DNA of 64,000 nt from Camelus dromedarius (taxonomy: Eukaryota), in NCBI RefSeq assembly GCF_036321535.1, contig NC_087436.1, positions 80,664,001-80,728,000 of the forward strand. The letters run 5' to 3'. The number at the start of each line of letters is the position of its first letter. Position 1 is the stretch's first letter. The translations under genes and the position numbers were made by a program. The notes beneath the pieces were generated by a model that was given only the letters and a program-made list of their open reading frames with translations, did no database searches and was not told the origin of the DNA. Shown in pieces: positions 62,772-64,000 of this stretch.

Positions 62772-64000
62772 TTTGTGAAGAAGTAAATGTAGATTTTCTG
62801 GTCACCTCTCCTCATGACTACAACAAAACCACAACTGAATGCTAAACAACCATTGAAAAAAAGACTAGAACCTAGCAAAAAGATCTCCTGCAACTGAAAA
62901 CATAAAGAGGGAACCATAACAGGACAGTAGGATGGGCGTGCTCGCAATATAATTGGGCCCCTTACACCCCAGGTGGACAACCCACAAGCTGAAAGTTTGT
63001 TAAGTCGCAGAGGCCCTCCCCCAGGAGTGAGAGCTCTAAGCCCCATGTCAGGCTCTCGAGCTTGCGTTCTGGCATTGGGAAGAAAGAAGACCCCAGGACA
63101 TCTGGTTTTGAAGGCTAGGGGGGCTTGGCGTAGGGAGCCCCATGGGACGGGGGAAACAGAGACTTCATTCACTTGGGAAGTGTACACGTAAACTCATGTG
63201 CACCAGGTCCAAGGGCAGAGGCAGTAATTTCATAGGAACCTGGGCCAGGCCTGTCTGATGGATTTGGAGGGTCTGGGACATGGGGGATGGCTGTGGCTCA
63301 CCCAGGGGTCATAAAAGCTGGTGGTAGACATTCTGGGAGTGTTCATCTACATGAGCTTTCCTGGAGGCTGACATCTTGTTTGGATCATCAGCACCAAGAC
63401 CTAGCCCCACCCAACAGCTTGTAGGGAATCCTCAGGCCAAACAACCTACAGGGTGAGAACACAGCCCCACCCATCAGCCGACTTCCTAAGCCACAAAGGC
63501 CTCTAGACATGGCCTTACCGACCAGAGGTCCAGGACAAAGCTTCACCCGGCAGTGGGCAGGCACTGGCTCCTCTTGCCAGGAACCCTGCATAAGCTTGTA
63601 GTCCAGCCTCATCCACCAGGGGCAGATACTAGAAATAAGAAAACAACAATCCCAAAGGCTGTGGAAGGAATCCACAAACACAGGCCAGACTCTACACTGG
63701 GACTGGCTGGACCCTGACCCTTGGGTGACAAGAGAAGAGTGTACTGCTGGGACGCATAGGACGTCTCCCACAGAGGGTCACCTCGCCAAGGTTGAGAAAT
63801 GTAACTAACTTACTTAAAAATAAAAATAGAAAGAGACAATATGCGGTGGCAAAGAAATATCTTCCAGGCCAAGGCACAAGATAAAATCCCAGAAGAAGAA
63901 ATAAGTGATGAGGAGATAGGCAATTTATCTGAGAAAGAGTTTAAAGTGATGATAGCCGAGATGTTCAGAGAACTCAAGCGGAGTATAGATGCACAGAGTG
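62772..64000 (+). mobile_element. LINE-1 5' UTR and start of ORF1, running off the window
   Basis: GTCACCTCTCCTCATGACTACAACAAAACCACAACT...AAAGACTAGAACCTAGCAAAAAGATCTCCTGCAACTGAAAACATAAAG resembles a laurasiatherian L1 5' end; ~1.07-kb UTR precedes ORF1. Confidence 0.8.
63841..64000 (+). CDS. L1 ORF1p N-terminus (partial)
   Basis: ATG 63841 gives MRWQRNIFQAKAQDKIPEEEISDEEIGNLSEKEFKVMIAEMFRELKRSIDAQS, the typical L1 ORF1 N-terminal Q...EI.NL.EKEFK.MI pattern; open to the window end. Confidence 0.8.
   Translation, partial: MRWQRNIFQAKAQDKIPEEEISDEEIGNLSEKEFKVMIAEMFRELKRSIDAQS

Noticed and set aside
62711..63877. ORFs of 158, 127, 72 and 61 aa near the right end
   Set aside because: Lie within the L1 5' UTR or MLT1; no evidence they are host genes

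Overview
AT-rich mammalian (eutherian) genomic DNA that is mostly intronic or intergenic and densely filled with transposable elements. No prokaryotic operons, CRISPR arrays, rRNA or tRNA genes were seen. The style of the young L1 3' UTR and L1 5' end suggests a non-primate, non-rodent laurasiatherian, probably a cetartiodactyl such as a camelid; this is inference, not a database result. Repeat family names come from remembered consensus sequences and need RepeatMasker/Dfam confirmation. Clearest elements: a young 5'-truncated L1 (14.9-17.4 kb, minus) with an uninterrupted ORF2 and TSDs; a full two-LTR MLT1A-type MaLR with a 5-bp TSD (45.6-47.8 kb); a solo ERV1 LTR with a 4-bp TSD (8.5-8.9 kb); a decayed gamma-like ERV (gag-pro, 29.5-32.7 kb, minus) whose putative 5' LTR is the only CpG island in the window; a fossil hAT/Charlie transposase; and an L1 5' UTR/ORF1 start at the right edge. 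Most interesting non-repeat signals: (i) the CpG-rich LTR with YY1, GC-box and E-box motifs, a possible exapted promoter with a candidate plus-strand exon at 34258-34370; (ii) two in-frame minus-strand candidate exons (47838-47797 and 43567-43519) encoding ...TNKITDFLLFNLDRQPDRIVYSANSIKGP*, probably the 3' end of an unidentified gene; (iii) a templated-insertion/fold-back scar inside a MIR at about 42.7 kb. I found no evidence for a wholly new biological system. Most short ORFs in the track are spurious or repeat-derived.
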